The notes beneath the pieces are model-generated. The model ran no database searches. It saw only the letters and a program-made list of their open reading frames with translations, and had not been told where the DNA came from. Below are positions 8,473 through 18,359 of a stretch of DNA of 64,000 nt, in pieces. This stretch comes from Terriglobia bacterium (GTDB lineage: Bacteria > Acidobacteriota > Terriglobia > 20CM-2-55-15): NCBI GenBank assembly GCA_963664115.2, contig CAXWPJ010000012.1, positions 192,001-256,000 of the forward strand, written 5' to 3'. How positions within the stretch are numbered: position 1 is the first letter of the stretch; every line of letters begins with the position of its first letter. Made by a program: the position numbers and the translations under genes.

Positions 8473-10188
8473 TCACGCTCCGTCTGTCGTACAGCCTTCT
8501 GACGCGGGTGATACGGACCGGGCGTATTTGTAGAGGGCGCCCGAGCTTACACGTAAGGGCGGCGCGGACCACCCGGCCCGGCGCGCGTCTATCTCATCGG
8601 AATCCACGTCCAGATCGATCGTGTTCTGGACGGCATCGATCCGTATGCGATCGCCATCCTTACAGAACGCAATGAGTCCGCCATCCTGAGCTTCCGGAGT
8701 GATATGGCCCACGACAAATCCGTGTGTTCCACCGGAAAAACGGCCATCCGTAATCAACGCGACGTCCTTACCCAGGCCGGCCCCCATGATCATCGAGCTC
8801 GGGGTCAGCATCTCCGGCATCCCGGGTCCGCCTCGGGGCCCCTCATAGCGAATCACTACAACGTCGCCTGCTTTGACGTCCCCGGCGGCAATACTCGCGT
8901 TCGCTTTCTCCTCGCTGTCAAATACCCTGGCCGGGCCTTCGAAAGTCTCACCTTCCTTGCCGGTGATTTTTGCTACCGCACCCTTGCTGGCAAGGTTTCC
9001 GTAAAGAATCCTCAAATGGCCCCGCGCGCTGATCGGATCGTCCGGGTTGCGGACGATATTCTGGCCACTCTGGAGGGGAGGTAAATCGGCCACGTTCTCC
9101 CCAAGCGTTGCCCCGGTAACGGTCATGCAGTCACCATGCAGCAGTCCCCGTTCCAAAAGCATCTTGATGACGGCCGGCGTTCCACCGATGGCATGGAGGT
9201 CTTCCATCAAATAGGGGCCACTCGGCCGGAAATCCGCCAGGAGCGGTACCCTGCTGCTGATTTCCTGAAAATCATCGACCGTGAGATCGACCTGTAGCGT
9301 TCTGGCAATGGCCAAAAGATGGAGGACAGCGTTAGTCGATCCACCCAGAACAATCGTCAGCGTAATGGCATTCTCAAAGGACTTGCGCGTCAAAATATCC
9401 CGCGGCCGCAAGTTAGTTTCCAAAAGCGATCGGAGTGCCGGCCCCGCGCTGTGGCACTCTCTAACCTTCTCTTTGCTCTCGGCGGGATTGGAAGAACTGT
9501 AGGGCAGGCTCATCCCCATGACCTCGATCGCACAGGCCATCGTATTGGCCGTAAACATCCCCCCGCAGGCACCCGCGCCGGGACAGCTCTGACGGACGAC
9601 TTTCTGAAACCTTTCCAAAGAAATCTTCCCGGCAATGTGCTGGCCCAGTGCCTCAAAAGATGAAATCACATCCAGCTTGTCTCCGTTGAGATGTCCGGGA
9701 GCAATGGTCCCTCCATAAATCATGAGCGCAGGACGGTTGAGACGTGCCATCGCGATCATCGCTCCCGGCATGTTCTTGTCACAGCCCATGATCGTTATCA
9801 GGCCATCATAGTGCTGGGCTGAAGCGATCGTCTCGATGGAGTCCGCGATCAAGTCTCTCGACGGCAACGAATACCGCATTCCGAAGGTCCCCATCGAAAT
9901 ACCATCGCTGACACCGATGGTATTGGAAACAAAGCCCACCAGATCAGATGACCGCACGCCCGCTTTGACCTCCCCGGCCAGGCTGTTCAAGTGCATGTTG
10001 CAGGGATTACCTTCATATCCCGTGCTGATGATCCCGACCTGAGCCAGGTTGAGGTCCGATTCCGACAAACCGGCCCCGAACAACATCGCCCGGGCCGCAG
10101 GACGGTCATAGGCCTGGGTCACATGCTTGCTGATCCGGTTCAGCTCTTTCGAATCCTTGGTCTCTTTTGTTTCCGTGTTTTCCTTCAT
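8473..10188 (-). CDS. ilvD: Dihydroxy-acid dehydratase
   Basis: [44 protein letters not shown]. Confidence 0.97.
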   Translation of the reverse strand: MKENTETKETKDSKELNRISKHVTQAYDRPAARAMLFGAGLSESDLNLAQVGIISTGYEGNPCNMHLNSLAGEVKAGVRSSDLVGFVSNTIGVSDGISMGTFGMRYSLPSRDLIADSIETIASAQHYDGLITIMGCDKNMPGAMIAMARLNRPALMIYGGTIAPGHLNGDKLDVISSFEALGQHIAGKISLERFQKVVRQSCPGAGACGGMFTANTMACAIEVMGMSLPYSSSNPAESKEKVRECHSAGPALRSLLETNLRPRDILTRKSFENAITLTIVLGGSTNAVLHLLAIARTLQVDLTVDDFQEISSRVPLLADFRPSGPYLMEDLHAIGGTPAVIKMLLERGLLHGDCMTVTGATLGENVADLPPLQSGQNIVRNPDDPISARGHLRILYGNLASKGAVAKITGKEGETFEGPARVFDSEEKANASIAAGDVKAGDVVVIRYEGPRGGPGMPEMLTPSSMIMGAGLGKDVALITDGRFSGGTHGFVVGHITPEAQDGGLIAFCKDGDRIRIDAVQNTIDLDVDSDEIDARRAGWSAPPLRVSSGALYKYARSVSPASEGCTTDGA

Positions 10189-10235
10189 TCGCTTTTAACT
10201 ATCGAACAAAGACTTCCCTCGCCGGGAAACTTCTC

Positions 10236-11312
10236 CTAACTTGCTTTCGATGCCGCGAGCGATCCCACAATAAACTCACCCATTTCGGAGGTCGAAACCG
10301 CCCGCCCATCTCCGTCGGAGAGAAGATCGGCCGTTCGCTTACCCTCGGCGAGGGCACGGTCCACACCCGCACGGATGGCGGTGGCTTCGGCGGAAAGCTT
10401 GAACGTCAGTTCAAGCATCATGGCGACCGAAAGAATGGCTCCAATCGGGTTGGCGATCCCTTTTCCAGCGATGTCGGGTGCCGTACCGTGCACGGGTTCA
10501 TACAAACCGATCGTTGCTCCGATGCTGGCAGACGGCAACATGCCCAGGCTCCCGGCCAGAACCGAAGCTTCGTCGCTCAAAATATCTCCGAACATGTTGT
10601 TCGTCAGGATGACGTCGAACTGGCGCGGATTGGCAATCAGTTGCATCGCGCAGTTGTCGACCAGCATGCTGTTGAATTCGACGTCGGCATATTCGCGCGC
10701 AACGTCGGTCGCGACGCGGCGCCACAGAACGGACGACTCCAGGACATTCGATTTATCAATCGAGACCACCTTCTTGCGGCGTTCCCGCGCGATCTCGAAC
10801 GCCGTCTTGGCAATCCGGCGAACCTCTTCTTCGGTGTACACCTCGGTGTTGTGTGCGATCCCGTGATCCAGACCTCGCGGCAGTCCGAAATAAATGCCAC
10901 CCAACAACTCGCGCACAACCACAAGATCCACACCGCGGATGTGTTCCGGTCGAAACGGAGATTGATCCAGGATCGCGTCGGACACCGCAACGGGACGAAT
11001 GTTGGCGTAGTTTCCGAGGAGCTTGCGAAGCTCCAGCAGGCCTTTCGCGGGATCAGGAACGGTGGGATCGGCCGGCTGCGCGGCGAATCCGACGGCTCCG
11101 AGGAGAACGGCATCGACCTGGGTTACCAGTGCGCGTGTTGGCTCCGGCAGCGACTCGCCCGTGCTTTCTATAGCCCCAGCTCCCATCGCGCCTTCGATAA
11201 ATTCAAATCGGTGCCCGTAAGCCTCTCCGATTGCTTCCAGCACACGCCGTGCTTCATCAAGAACCTCCGGTCCGACGCCGTCTCCGGGCAGAAATGCGAT
11301 GCGCCCTTCCAT
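10236..11312 (-). CDS. leuB: 3-isopropylmalate dehydrogenase
   Basis: PGDGVGPE, VRELLGGIYFG, NMFGDILSDEAS, EPVHGTAPDIAGKGIANP. Start moved to ATG 11312. Confidence 0.96.
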   Translation of the reverse strand: MEGRIAFLPGDGVGPEVLDEARRVLEAIGEAYGHRFEFIEGAMGAGAIESTGESLPEPTRALVTQVDAVLLGAVGFAAQPADPTVPDPAKGLLELRKLLGNYANIRPVAVSDAILDQSPFRPEHIRGVDLVVVRELLGGIYFGLPRGLDHGIAHNTEVYTEEEVRRIAKTAFEIARERRKKVVSIDKSNVLESSVLWRRVATDVAREYADVEFNSMLVDNCAMQLIANPRQFDVILTNNMFGDILSDEASVLAGSLGMLPSASIGATIGLYEPVHGTAPDIAGKGIANPIGAILSVAMMLELTFKLSAEATAIRAGVDRALAEGKRTADLLSDGDGRAVSTSEMGEFIVGSLAASKAS

Positions 11313-11317
11313 ATTTC

Positions 11318-12850
11318 CTATTCTCCCGCCGCCTTGTTGTGGCTGCTCATCGCTGTCCACAAGGCCTTGTTAATCGCATCCAGGTAAGCCCGCGTGGCCG
11401 CGATGTTCAAATCGGTACTGGCCGCACGGCCGGATATCGTCTTACCTTCGACTTCAACCTGCATGAAAACCTCCCCGACGGCTTCGCTGCCTCCGGTGAC
11501 GGATTTCGCCGAAAATCCCAGCAGCTTTGCTTTACAACCGGTGATCTGATTGACCACGCGAACGGTGGCATCGACGGGGCCGTCTCCGGTTGCGGAATCG
11601 GTGTACATGACACCCTCCTTCTCGAGACTCAATGTCACCGTCGATACGGCGTCAGACTGGCCGACGACATGGAAATGCTTCAGGGCAAACGCCGTCGGCA
11701 CGTTGGTCAGTCCATCGTTGATGATGACCATCAAATCCTCGTCGTAGATGGTCTTCTTCCGGTCAGCCAACTTCGTAAACAGCATGTAGGCCCGTGCCAG
11801 ATCCGCTTCACTGAGCTGGTACCCCATCTCGCGGTAGCGCGCAGCCAGCCCGTGGCGTCCGGAGTGTTTCCCGAGCACGATCTGGTTCTGTGGGACACCC
11901 ACAGACTCCGGTGTCATGATTTCGTAGGTCAGGGTTTCTTTCAGCACACCGTCCTGATGAATACCCGCCTCGTGCGCAAAGGCGTTTTTGCCGACGATGG
12001 CCTTGTTCGCCTGGACCTCCATTCCAGTCAAACTCGACAGGACCTGACTCGTTCTGTAGATCTCCTGTGTGTTGATCCCGGTTTCCAGATCGAGCAAACT
12101 CTTATGGACCTCGATGGCCATGACGATTTCCTCGAGTGAGGCGTTGCCGGCACGCTCCCCGATCCCGTTGATTGCACACTCGACCTGCCGGGCGCCGTTC
12201 TGCACTCCCGCAAGGGAGTTGGCCACGGCCACACCCAGATCGTTGTGACAGTGGGTGCTGATGGTGACGTTCTCGATGCCCTTAACGTTTCGCAGACCGT
12301 GGATCAACTCTCCGTACTCTGAGGGCAGGCAATAGCCCACTGTGTCGGGAATGTTGACGACCGATGCACCGGCCTCGATAGCCGCTTCAATCACGGCATA
12401 GAGGTACTCCGGATCGGAGCGGCCTGCATCTTCGGCGGAAAACTCGACGTCGTCACACAATGAACGTGCCAGTTCGACGGACTGCACCACCATTTCCAGA
12501 GCCTCTTCCCGTGTCTTGAGCAGCTTGTATTTTAAATGGATGTCGCTCGTGGCTAGAAAAGTGTGGATCCGCGGTCGGGCAGCACCTTCAAGCGCCTCCC
12601 AACAGCGACGGATGTCGCCCGACGACGCCCGGGCAAGGCCCGCGATGGAGGTTTCCCTCACTTCAGCAGCAATACGCTTGACGGCCTCAAAATCTCCATC
12701 CGATGCAATTGGGAAACCCGCCTCGACGACGTCCACCTGCAATCGCTCCAGTTGACGCGCCAGCCGGAGCTTGTCCTCAATGTTCATGCTGAAACCGGGA
12801 GCCTGCTCCCCGTCTCTCAGCGTCGTGTCGAAAATCGCAATCCGATTCAT
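11318..12850 (-). CDS. leuA: 2-isopropylmalate synthase
   Basis: [33 protein letters not shown]-terminal GDGPVDA regulatory domain. AAGGA SD fits ATG 12850. Confidence 0.96.
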   Translation of the reverse strand: MNRIAIFDTTLRDGEQAPGFSMNIEDKLRLARQLERLQVDVVEAGFPIASDGDFEAVKRIAAEVRETSIAGLARASSGDIRRCWEALEGAARPRIHTFLATSDIHLKYKLLKTREEALEMVVQSVELARSLCDDVEFSAEDAGRSDPEYLYAVIEAAIEAGASVVNIPDTVGYCLPSEYGELIHGLRNVKGIENVTISTHCHNDLGVAVANSLAGVQNGARQVECAINGIGERAGNASLEEIVMAIEVHKSLLDLETGINTQEIYRTSQVLSSLTGMEVQANKAIVGKNAFAHEAGIHQDGVLKETLTYEIMTPESVGVPQNQIVLGKHSGRHGLAARYREMGYQLSEADLARAYMLFTKLADRKKTIYDEDLMVIINDGLTNVPTAFALKHFHVVGQSDAVSTVTLSLEKEGVMYTDSATGDGPVDATVRVVNQITGCKAKLLGFSAKSVTGGSEAVGEVFMQVEVEGKTISGRAASTDLNIAATRAYLDAINKALWTAMSSHNKAAGE

Positions 12851-12862
12851 GGCCATTCCTTA

Positions 12863-12916
12863 GCTTTAGGTCGATAGGCCCTCGATCCGGCTTTGAGCCG
12901 ATGGGCCGTCGATCCG
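12863..12916. repeat. Two-copy 27-bp tandem repeat in the tetR-leuA spacer
   Basis: GCTTTAGGTCGATAGGCCCTCGATCCG (12863-12889) vs GCTTTGAGCCGATGGGCCGTCGATCCG (12890-12916), 22/27 identical. Confidence 0.75.
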
Positions 12917-12985
12917 GGCTAACGACAGTGCGACGTCCGGCATCCTCGAAGCTCGGAACGCCAGCATCGTATGCCGTTATTCTCT

Positions 12986-13621
12986 TTAACTCCTGAGTTC
13001 CCGTAACTCCTCGGTTCCAAGAACACCGTGGATAAATAAATTCTGAAACTCACTCACGACTTCGGCCGGTTTGACCGATCCTGAAGGTTTGTACCACTGG
13101 TAAGTCCAGTTCAACATCCCAAGCAAGGCCAGCGCGGCCACCTTGGGATCCGCAGCTTTGCAATTCGATTTTTGCATCACCTCACTGACGAGTTCGGTGA
13201 CGAGCCGGACGTATTGCTTCTTCCGGCGGTTGATCTTGGCCTGATGCGGCCTCGAAAGACCCTGGCATTCGTGCAAGAGCCCGGTTACCGCCAGCTTTCG
13301 CCCCTCCAGAATCAGCTTCAGGTGCAATTCGATCATCTTCTTCAGGCGGCGCACCGGGTCCGCTATAGCTTCCAACGGATCGACCACGTATGCCTCGGTC
13401 ATGTCCATTCCGTAGTCGAGGATGGTAAAGAGCAGGCTTTCCTTGCTGGGGATGTGGTGATACAAACCGGCCTTGGTCAGACCGACAGCCTCGGCGATAT
13501 CATTCATCGAAGTGTTGTCGTAACCCTTTCGGTGAAAAACTTCCGCCGCGATCTCGTATACTTTGTCCCGTGGTGCGGTTGATTTCTGCTTCAGTTTTGA
13601 AGTTCCGTTTCGATTTGCCAT
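12986..13621 (-). CDS. TetR/AcrR family regulator, PaaR/KstR2-like C-terminal domain
   Basis: HTH KGYDNTSMNDIAEAVGLTKAGLYHH.PSKE; C-terminal LLGMLNWTYQWYKPSG typical of PaaR/KstR2-type TetRs. Confidence 0.9.
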   Translation of the reverse strand: MANRNGTSKLKQKSTAPRDKVYEIAAEVFHRKGYDNTSMNDIAEAVGLTKAGLYHHIPSKESLLFTILDYGMDMTEAYVVDPLEAIADPVRRLKKMIELHLKLILEGRKLAVTGLLHECQGLSRPHQAKINRRKKQYVRLVTELVSEVMQKSNCKAADPKVAALALLGMLNWTYQWYKPSGSVKPAEVVSEFQNLFIHGVLGTEELRELRS

Positions 13622-13622
13622 A

Positions 13623-13644
13623 ACCTACCGACCGATCGGTAGGT
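13623..13644. promoter_or_regulatory. Palindromic TetR operator ACCTACCGA-N4-TCGGTAGGT
   Basis: Perfect 9-bp inverted repeat starting 1 nt upstream of the tetR ATG; contains the ACCGA-N4-TCGGT core known for PaaR operators. Confidence 0.85.
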
Positions 13645-13674
13645 ATAATATCAGGATGCCACTCGAAAGTGCAA
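13645..13674 (-). promoter_or_regulatory. Sigma70 promoter for tetR-leu-ilv (TTGCAC-18 nt-TATTAT with TGn extension)
   Basis: The minus strand reads TTGCAC (13674-13669)...TGA TATTAT (13653-13645); the predicted +1 falls inside the operator. Confidence 0.6.
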
Positions 13675-13688
13675 TATAATTCACTGAC
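13675..13688 (+). promoter_or_regulatory. -10 box TATAAT 8 nt before the leuC ATG (leaderless-type promoter)
   Basis: TATAAT-TCACTGAC-ATG, no SD. Confidence 0.6.
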
Positions 13689-15107
13689 ATGACGCGCCCG
13701 AAAGCTAAGACGCTATACGACAAAATATGGGATAACCACGTTGTTGTGGAAGGCGACCGAACGCCCACAATCCTTTATATCGATCTACATTTGATCCATG
13801 AAGTTACTTCTCCTCAAGCATTTACAGGAATTCGCGATCGAGGACTCAAAGTCCGCCGACCGGATCGGACGCTGGCGACCGCAGACCACGTCACTCCGAC
13901 CATCAGCAAGAATATCGCCGATGCGGGCGAGCTGGCCGTTCAACAACTCCGGAGCCTGGAGCAGAGTTGTGCGGACTTCGGAGTGCGCCTCTACACCATC
14001 GGCGACAGCCGGCGCGGCATCGTCCACGTTATCGGTCCAGAGCTGGGGCTGACCCAACCCGGCCTGACGCTGGTTTGCGGCGACAGCCACACCTCGACGC
14101 ACGGCGCCTTTGGAACCCTGGCCTTTGGCATCGGGACCACCGAAGTCGAACATGTGCTCGCGTCTCAATGCCTGCTCGAAAGCAAGGTCGGCAACTTCGA
14201 GGTGGAATTTCAGGGCCAGCTTCAACCCGGCGTCAGCAGCAAGGACATGATCCTCGGGTTGATCTCAAAAATCGGCATCGGAGGCGGCACGGGTCACGTC
14301 ATTGAGTACACGGGTTCGGCGATTCGGAGTCTCGGGATGGAAGCCCGGATGACGATTTGCAACATGTCGATCGAGGGTGGTGCGCGCGCCGGACTCGTCG
14401 CGCCCGATGACACGACATTCGAGTACATGTCCGGGCGAGAGTTTGCGCCCAAGGCAGAGGATTGGGACCGCGCCATCGGAAAATGGCGACAGTTACCCAG
14501 TGATCCGGAAGCGTTCTACGACAAGGCTGTGACGATTGATGCATCGACGCTGGAGCCGATGATCAGCTTCGGTACGAACCCATCTATGTGTGCACCCATC
14601 CGGGAAGAGATACCGAGCCCTGGGGACTTGGATAACCCCGTAGAACGGGATCAACTTGAAGCGGCACTGAGGTACATGGACCTAGTGGCCGGAGAACCGT
14701 TGATCGGGCAGAAGGTGGATGTAGTCTTCATCGGAAGCTGCACGAACTCAAGAATCTCCGACATGCGGGAAGCCGCGAGGATTCTCAAAGGCCGAAAGGT
14801 GAGCGAAGGTGTCCGCGCACTGATCGTTCCCGGATCGGAACAGGTCCGCACCCAGGCCGAGAGCGAAGGGTTGGACCGCATATTCGAAGAAGCCGGCGCC
14901 CAGTGGCGTCAGCCCGGATGCAGCATGTGCCTGGCAATGAACGGGGATCAGCTGCGGCCGGGGGAACGCTCGGTGAGCACAAGCAATCGAAACTTTGAGG
15001 GGCGGCAGGGACAGGGCGGTCGGACCATGCTGGGTTCTCCGCTGACCGCAGCAGCGTCGGCCGTAGCCGGCAAGGTCGCGGACCCGAGAGAGTTCCTGTC
15101 CGATTAG
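13689..15107 (+). CDS. leuC: 3-isopropylmalate dehydratase large subunit
   Basis: [52 protein letters not shown]. Confidence 0.98.
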   Translation: MTRPKAKTLYDKIWDNHVVVEGDRTPTILYIDLHLIHEVTSPQAFTGIRDRGLKVRRPDRTLATADHVTPTISKNIADAGELAVQQLRSLEQSCADFGVRLYTIGDSRRGIVHVIGPELGLTQPGLTLVCGDSHTSTHGAFGTLAFGIGTTEVEHVLASQCLLESKVGNFEVEFQGQLQPGVSSKDMILGLISKIGIGGGTGHVIEYTGSAIRSLGMEARMTICNMSIEGGARAGLVAPDDTTFEYMSGREFAPKAEDWDRAIGKWRQLPSDPEAFYDKAVTIDASTLEPMISFGTNPSMCAPIREEIPSPGDLDNPVERDQLEAALRYMDLVAGEPLIGQKVDVVFIGSCTNSRISDMREAARILKGRKVSEGVRALIVPGSEQVRTQAESEGLDRIFEEAGAQWRQPGCSMCLAMNGDQLRPGERSVSTSNRNFEGRQGQGGRTMLGSPLTAAASAVAGKVADPREFLSD

Positions 15108-15129
15108 GAAATCGAGTAAGGTTCCGAAG

Positions 15130-15705
15130 ATGAAGAAATTCGAAAAATTCGTTTCGCACGCAGCGTGTCTTCCTCTGAAGGACATCGACACCGACCAAAT
15201 CATTCCCGCTCGATACCTGAGAACCACGAACAAGGAGGGTCTGGGAGATCACCTGTTTCATGACTGGCGATATGACGGCCAAGGTCAGCCACGAGAGGGT
15301 TTCCTACTGAACAATCCCGACGCAAACGACGCACGGCTGCTGATCACCGGCATGAACTTCGGCTGCGGAAGCTCCAGAGAGCACGCGGTCTGGGCCCTCA
15401 TGGACCATGGGATCTACGCCTTGATCGCGCCCGGATTCGCAGACATCTTTCACAAGAATTCCCTAAGGAACGGGCTGCTGCCGATCACAGTGGATGCGCA
15501 GACCCACGAATCCTGCCTGAAGGCTGCGGCAAGTGGTACCAACTTCACTGTGGACCTGCGGAGCAACACGGTCACTGCCGATTCCCTTACCTTCAGCTTT
15601 GAAATCGACCCCTTCGCGCGCAACTGCCTGTTACAGGGCATCGACGACCTGGAGTTCATCCTGCAGCATGAGGACGACATAGCGGCGTTTGAAGCCAGAA
15701 ACTAG
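15130..15705 (+). CDS. leuD: 3-isopropylmalate dehydratase small subunit
   Basis: DIDTDQIIPARYL, NFGCGSSREHA, FADIF..N..NGLLP. Confidence 0.97.
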   Translation: MKKFEKFVSHAACLPLKDIDTDQIIPARYLRTTNKEGLGDHLFHDWRYDGQGQPREGFLLNNPDANDARLLITGMNFGCGSSREHAVWALMDHGIYALIAPGFADIFHKNSLRNGLLPITVDAQTHESCLKAAASGTNFTVDLRSNTVTADSLTFSFEIDPFARNCLLQGIDDLEFILQHEDDIAAFEARN

Positions 15706-15715
15706 GCGGGGATTT

Positions 15716-15808
15716 TTAACACGAAGGGCACGAAGGAAAATCAATTTCTAAAGAAATTCATTTCTTTTCTTCGTTAACTTGGTTTTCCTTCGTGCCCTTC
15801 GTGTTGAA
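15716..15808. repeat. Long inverted repeat of CACGAAG units between convergent leuD and proA (probably also a bidirectional terminator)
   Basis: AACACGAAGGGCACGAAGGAAAA (15718-15740) and TTTTCCTTCGTGCCCTTCGTGTT (15783-15805) are perfect 23-bp arms around an AT-rich loop. Confidence 0.85.
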
Positions 15809-15811
15809 GTC

Positions 15812-17137
15812 TTAGTGGTCTCGCCTTTGGTGCAAAAACGGCTTTGCGTTCTCGCCGACGTACTCAGCCACCACCTGTCCCTCTCCACGTAGCACATACT
15901 TGTAGATGGTAAGGCCTTCGAGTCCGACGGGGCCGCGGGCGTGTATTTTGAGGGTGCTGGTCCCGACTTCGGCGCCAAGTCCGAAGCGGAATCCATCGGC
16001 AAACCGCGTGGAGGCGTTCGCCACGACCGTCGCCGAATCCACTTTCCGGAGGAAGGTCTCCCGGGCTTCGACATCCTCGGTCATGATTCCGTCGGTATGA
16101 TGGGAACCGAAACGATTGATGTGAGAAACCGCCGCTTCAAGTCCATCCACAACCTTTAAGGAAAGCGTCAGGTCTCCATACTCCGTCGTCCAGTCTTCCT
16201 CTGTTACTGCCTCGGCCTGGGGCAAAACCTCGCGGGTGAGAGCGCAAGCCCTGAGCTGAATGTTCGATTCTGAGGCAGCCCGGCCAAAGGCAGGTAGAAA
16301 CGCCTCAGCGATCTTTGCGTCTACTAACAACGTTTCAAGAGCGTTGCACACCGCGGGATACTGGGCCTTGGCATCAATGGCGACGGCAACGGCCGTATTC
16401 ATGTCGGCCTGATCGTGAACGTAGATATGACAGATACCTTCGGCATGCCCGAGGACAGGAATCTGAGTCGAATTCATAATCTGGCGAACCAGTTCATTCG
16501 AGCCACGCGGAATAACCAGGTCGACCCATTCCGGATAGGACAGCAGTTCCTGAAAATCTTCCCTCGTATCTACCAACTGGGCCCACCCGGACGGCAGTTC
16601 CGGAATCTGCTCTTCCAACTTCGCAACAATTGACATGAACGCATGATTGGAGTTAAGCGCCTCGCGACCGCCTTTTAAGACCACAGTGTTCCCGCTCTTG
16701 AGAGCCAGCGACAGGATCTGAGGGATCACGTCGGGCCGGGATTCAAAGACCATGGCAATGACTCCGAGGGGAACGGACACTTTTTCCAATTCGAGCCCCG
16801 TATCCAGTGTCGTGTGCTCCAGCACCTGGCCTATTGGATCCGGAAGGGCCGCGACGTCACGGATTCCGGCAACGACCTGCGCCAGCTTTCCCGGGTCGAG
16901 CTGAAGCCTCTTGTAGAGACTGTCTTTTATCTTTCCCTCGGAAGCCTCAAGATCCTTGAGGTTCTCAGCCAGCAAGAACGCTCCGGATTCCTCCGTCAGT
17001 CGTGCGAAGGTCTCCAACGCCTTATTGCGTATCTCTTCGTTGAGAGTGCTGATCTTGTAAAAGGCGTTCTTGGATTTCTTGAGAAGCGCCTCGGTATCGA
17101 TCTTCTCCCCTTGCATGGATTCGATGCGGGCAGTCAT
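15812..17137 (-). CDS. proA: Gamma-glutamyl phosphate reductase
   Basis: VPLGVI..FESRPDV, IPRGS, GHAEGICH, CNALETLL, NASTRFADG..FGLGAE, HARGPVGL. Confidence 0.97.
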   Translation of the reverse strand: MTARIESMQGEKIDTEALLKKSKNAFYKISTLNEEIRNKALETFARLTEESGAFLLAENLKDLEASEGKIKDSLYKRLQLDPGKLAQVVAGIRDVAALPDPIGQVLEHTTLDTGLELEKVSVPLGVIAMVFESRPDVIPQILSLALKSGNTVVLKGGREALNSNHAFMSIVAKLEEQIPELPSGWAQLVDTREDFQELLSYPEWVDLVIPRGSNELVRQIMNSTQIPVLGHAEGICHIYVHDQADMNTAVAVAIDAKAQYPAVCNALETLLVDAKIAEAFLPAFGRAASESNIQLRACALTREVLPQAEAVTEEDWTTEYGDLTLSLKVVDGLEAAVSHINRFGSHHTDGIMTEDVEARETFLRKVDSATVVANASTRFADGFRFGLGAEVGTSTLKIHARGPVGLEGLTIYKYVLRGEGQVVAEYVGENAKPFLHQRRDH

Positions 17138-18264
17138 CCGTTCTCTCCGAAAATCACCAGGTGATCCCTGTGAATGATTTCCTGATGGTCCATTTTCCCA
17201 ATTTTCTCAGAGATTTCCCGGCTATGACAGCCCTGAATTTCCCCGACCTGGTGAGAAGAGAAGTAAACGATGCCCCGGCCGATCTCCCGGCCCTGCTCGG
17301 TTTCGACGCTGACGACCTCGTTTGCGCCAAACGAGCCACGGACACCGGTCACCCCGCTGGGCAGCAGACTGGCCTTTTTATTGATCAAGGCTTCAACTGC
17401 TCCGCGGTTGATCTGGATCACGCCGCCATAACCAGAAGAATGACCGATCCAGAGCTGTCTGTCCTTCAGTTTCAATTTAGGCCTCACGAGCGTGCCCGCG
17501 CATTGCAGAATGGCCTCTTTCTTGAGCCCGGAAGCGATCACAGTGCTGACGCCGCCGAGAGATGCCAACCGGGCTGCCTCGATCTTCGAGCTGACGCCGC
17601 CCCGCCCATAGGCGGACTGTCCTTTCAGGTCTAATTTCTTCAGGTCGTCGAAATCATCCAGTTCTGCTATGGGTTTCGCGCTGGGATTCTTCTTCGGATG
17701 ACCGTCGTAGATGCCATCAACGTCGGTGAGGATAAGAAGCAGGTCCGCGCCCAGTTTGGAAGCCACCAGCGCAGATAGCAGATCGTTGTCGCCAAAGCTG
17801 TGAGTCCGCGCGTCCTCCTTGAGTTCCATCGTCGATACGGAATCGTTTTCGTTCACGACAGGAATCACATTGTAAGAGAGCAGCCTTTCGAAGGTTTCGC
17901 GAAGGTTGAGGTACCGTCGCCGGTCGGAAAAATCGTCGGCGGTCACAAGCAGTTGCGCCGTCATCAAGCCGTGACGGGCAAAATAGCGCTGGTACCGTTG
18001 CATCAACAATCCCTGGCCCACCGCCGCACACGCCTGTTTCGACGAAACATCCGACAGCTTTGCTATCCCGAGTGAGATCCGGCCCAGTCCGACGGCACCC
18101 GAAGACACCAGAATAACCTTCTTCCCCTCTTCCTGAACCAGATGGGCGCATTGAGACACAAGCTTCCCCAGTCGGGAGGCCACAACCCGGCCGTCTGCCT
18201 GGGTCAGAAGACCCGTTCCCAGCTTGATAACTACCCGCCGGGCTTGTTGCATCTCTTTACGCAT
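17134..18264 (-). CDS. proB: Glutamate 5-kinase with PUA domain
   Basis: VIKLGT, VSSGAV, VNENDSV, FGDND.LSA, C-terminal SLLPSGV and IHRD. Confidence 0.97.
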   Translation of the reverse strand: MRKEMQQARRVVIKLGTGLLTQADGRVVASRLGKLVSQCAHLVQEEGKKVILVSSGAVGLGRISLGIAKLSDVSSKQACAAVGQGLLMQRYQRYFARHGLMTAQLLVTADDFSDRRRYLNLRETFERLLSYNVIPVVNENDSVSTMELKEDARTHSFGDNDLLSALVASKLGADLLLILTDVDGIYDGHPKKNPSAKPIAELDDFDDLKKLDLKGQSAYGRGGVSSKIEAARLASLGGVSTVIASGLKKEAILQCAGTLVRPKLKLKDRQLWIGHSSGYGGVIQINRGAVEALINKKASLLPSGVTGVRGSFGANEVVSVETEQGREIGRGIVYFSSHQVGEIQGCHSREISEKIGKMDHQEIIHRDHLVIFGENG

Positions 18265-18359
18265 GGTCTATCGGCTAATCTCAGGACCGGTCATCGCCCG
18301 GACGAGAATCCGAACAAACGCCGAACAAGTAAATATAACACCCGATGGCCTTTATTAAC

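Noticed and set aside
10140-10180. IlvD N-terminal TKE-TKD-SKE periodicity as a domesticated CACGAAG repeat
   Set aside because: Nucleotide match to the repeat is weak and there is no inverted partner.
10167-12139. Long antisense ORFs (10167-11387, 11231-12139; also 31700-32740, 34814-35767, 57637-58620)
   Set aside because: Shadows of well-conserved genes in GC-rich DNA, with no recognisable motifs.
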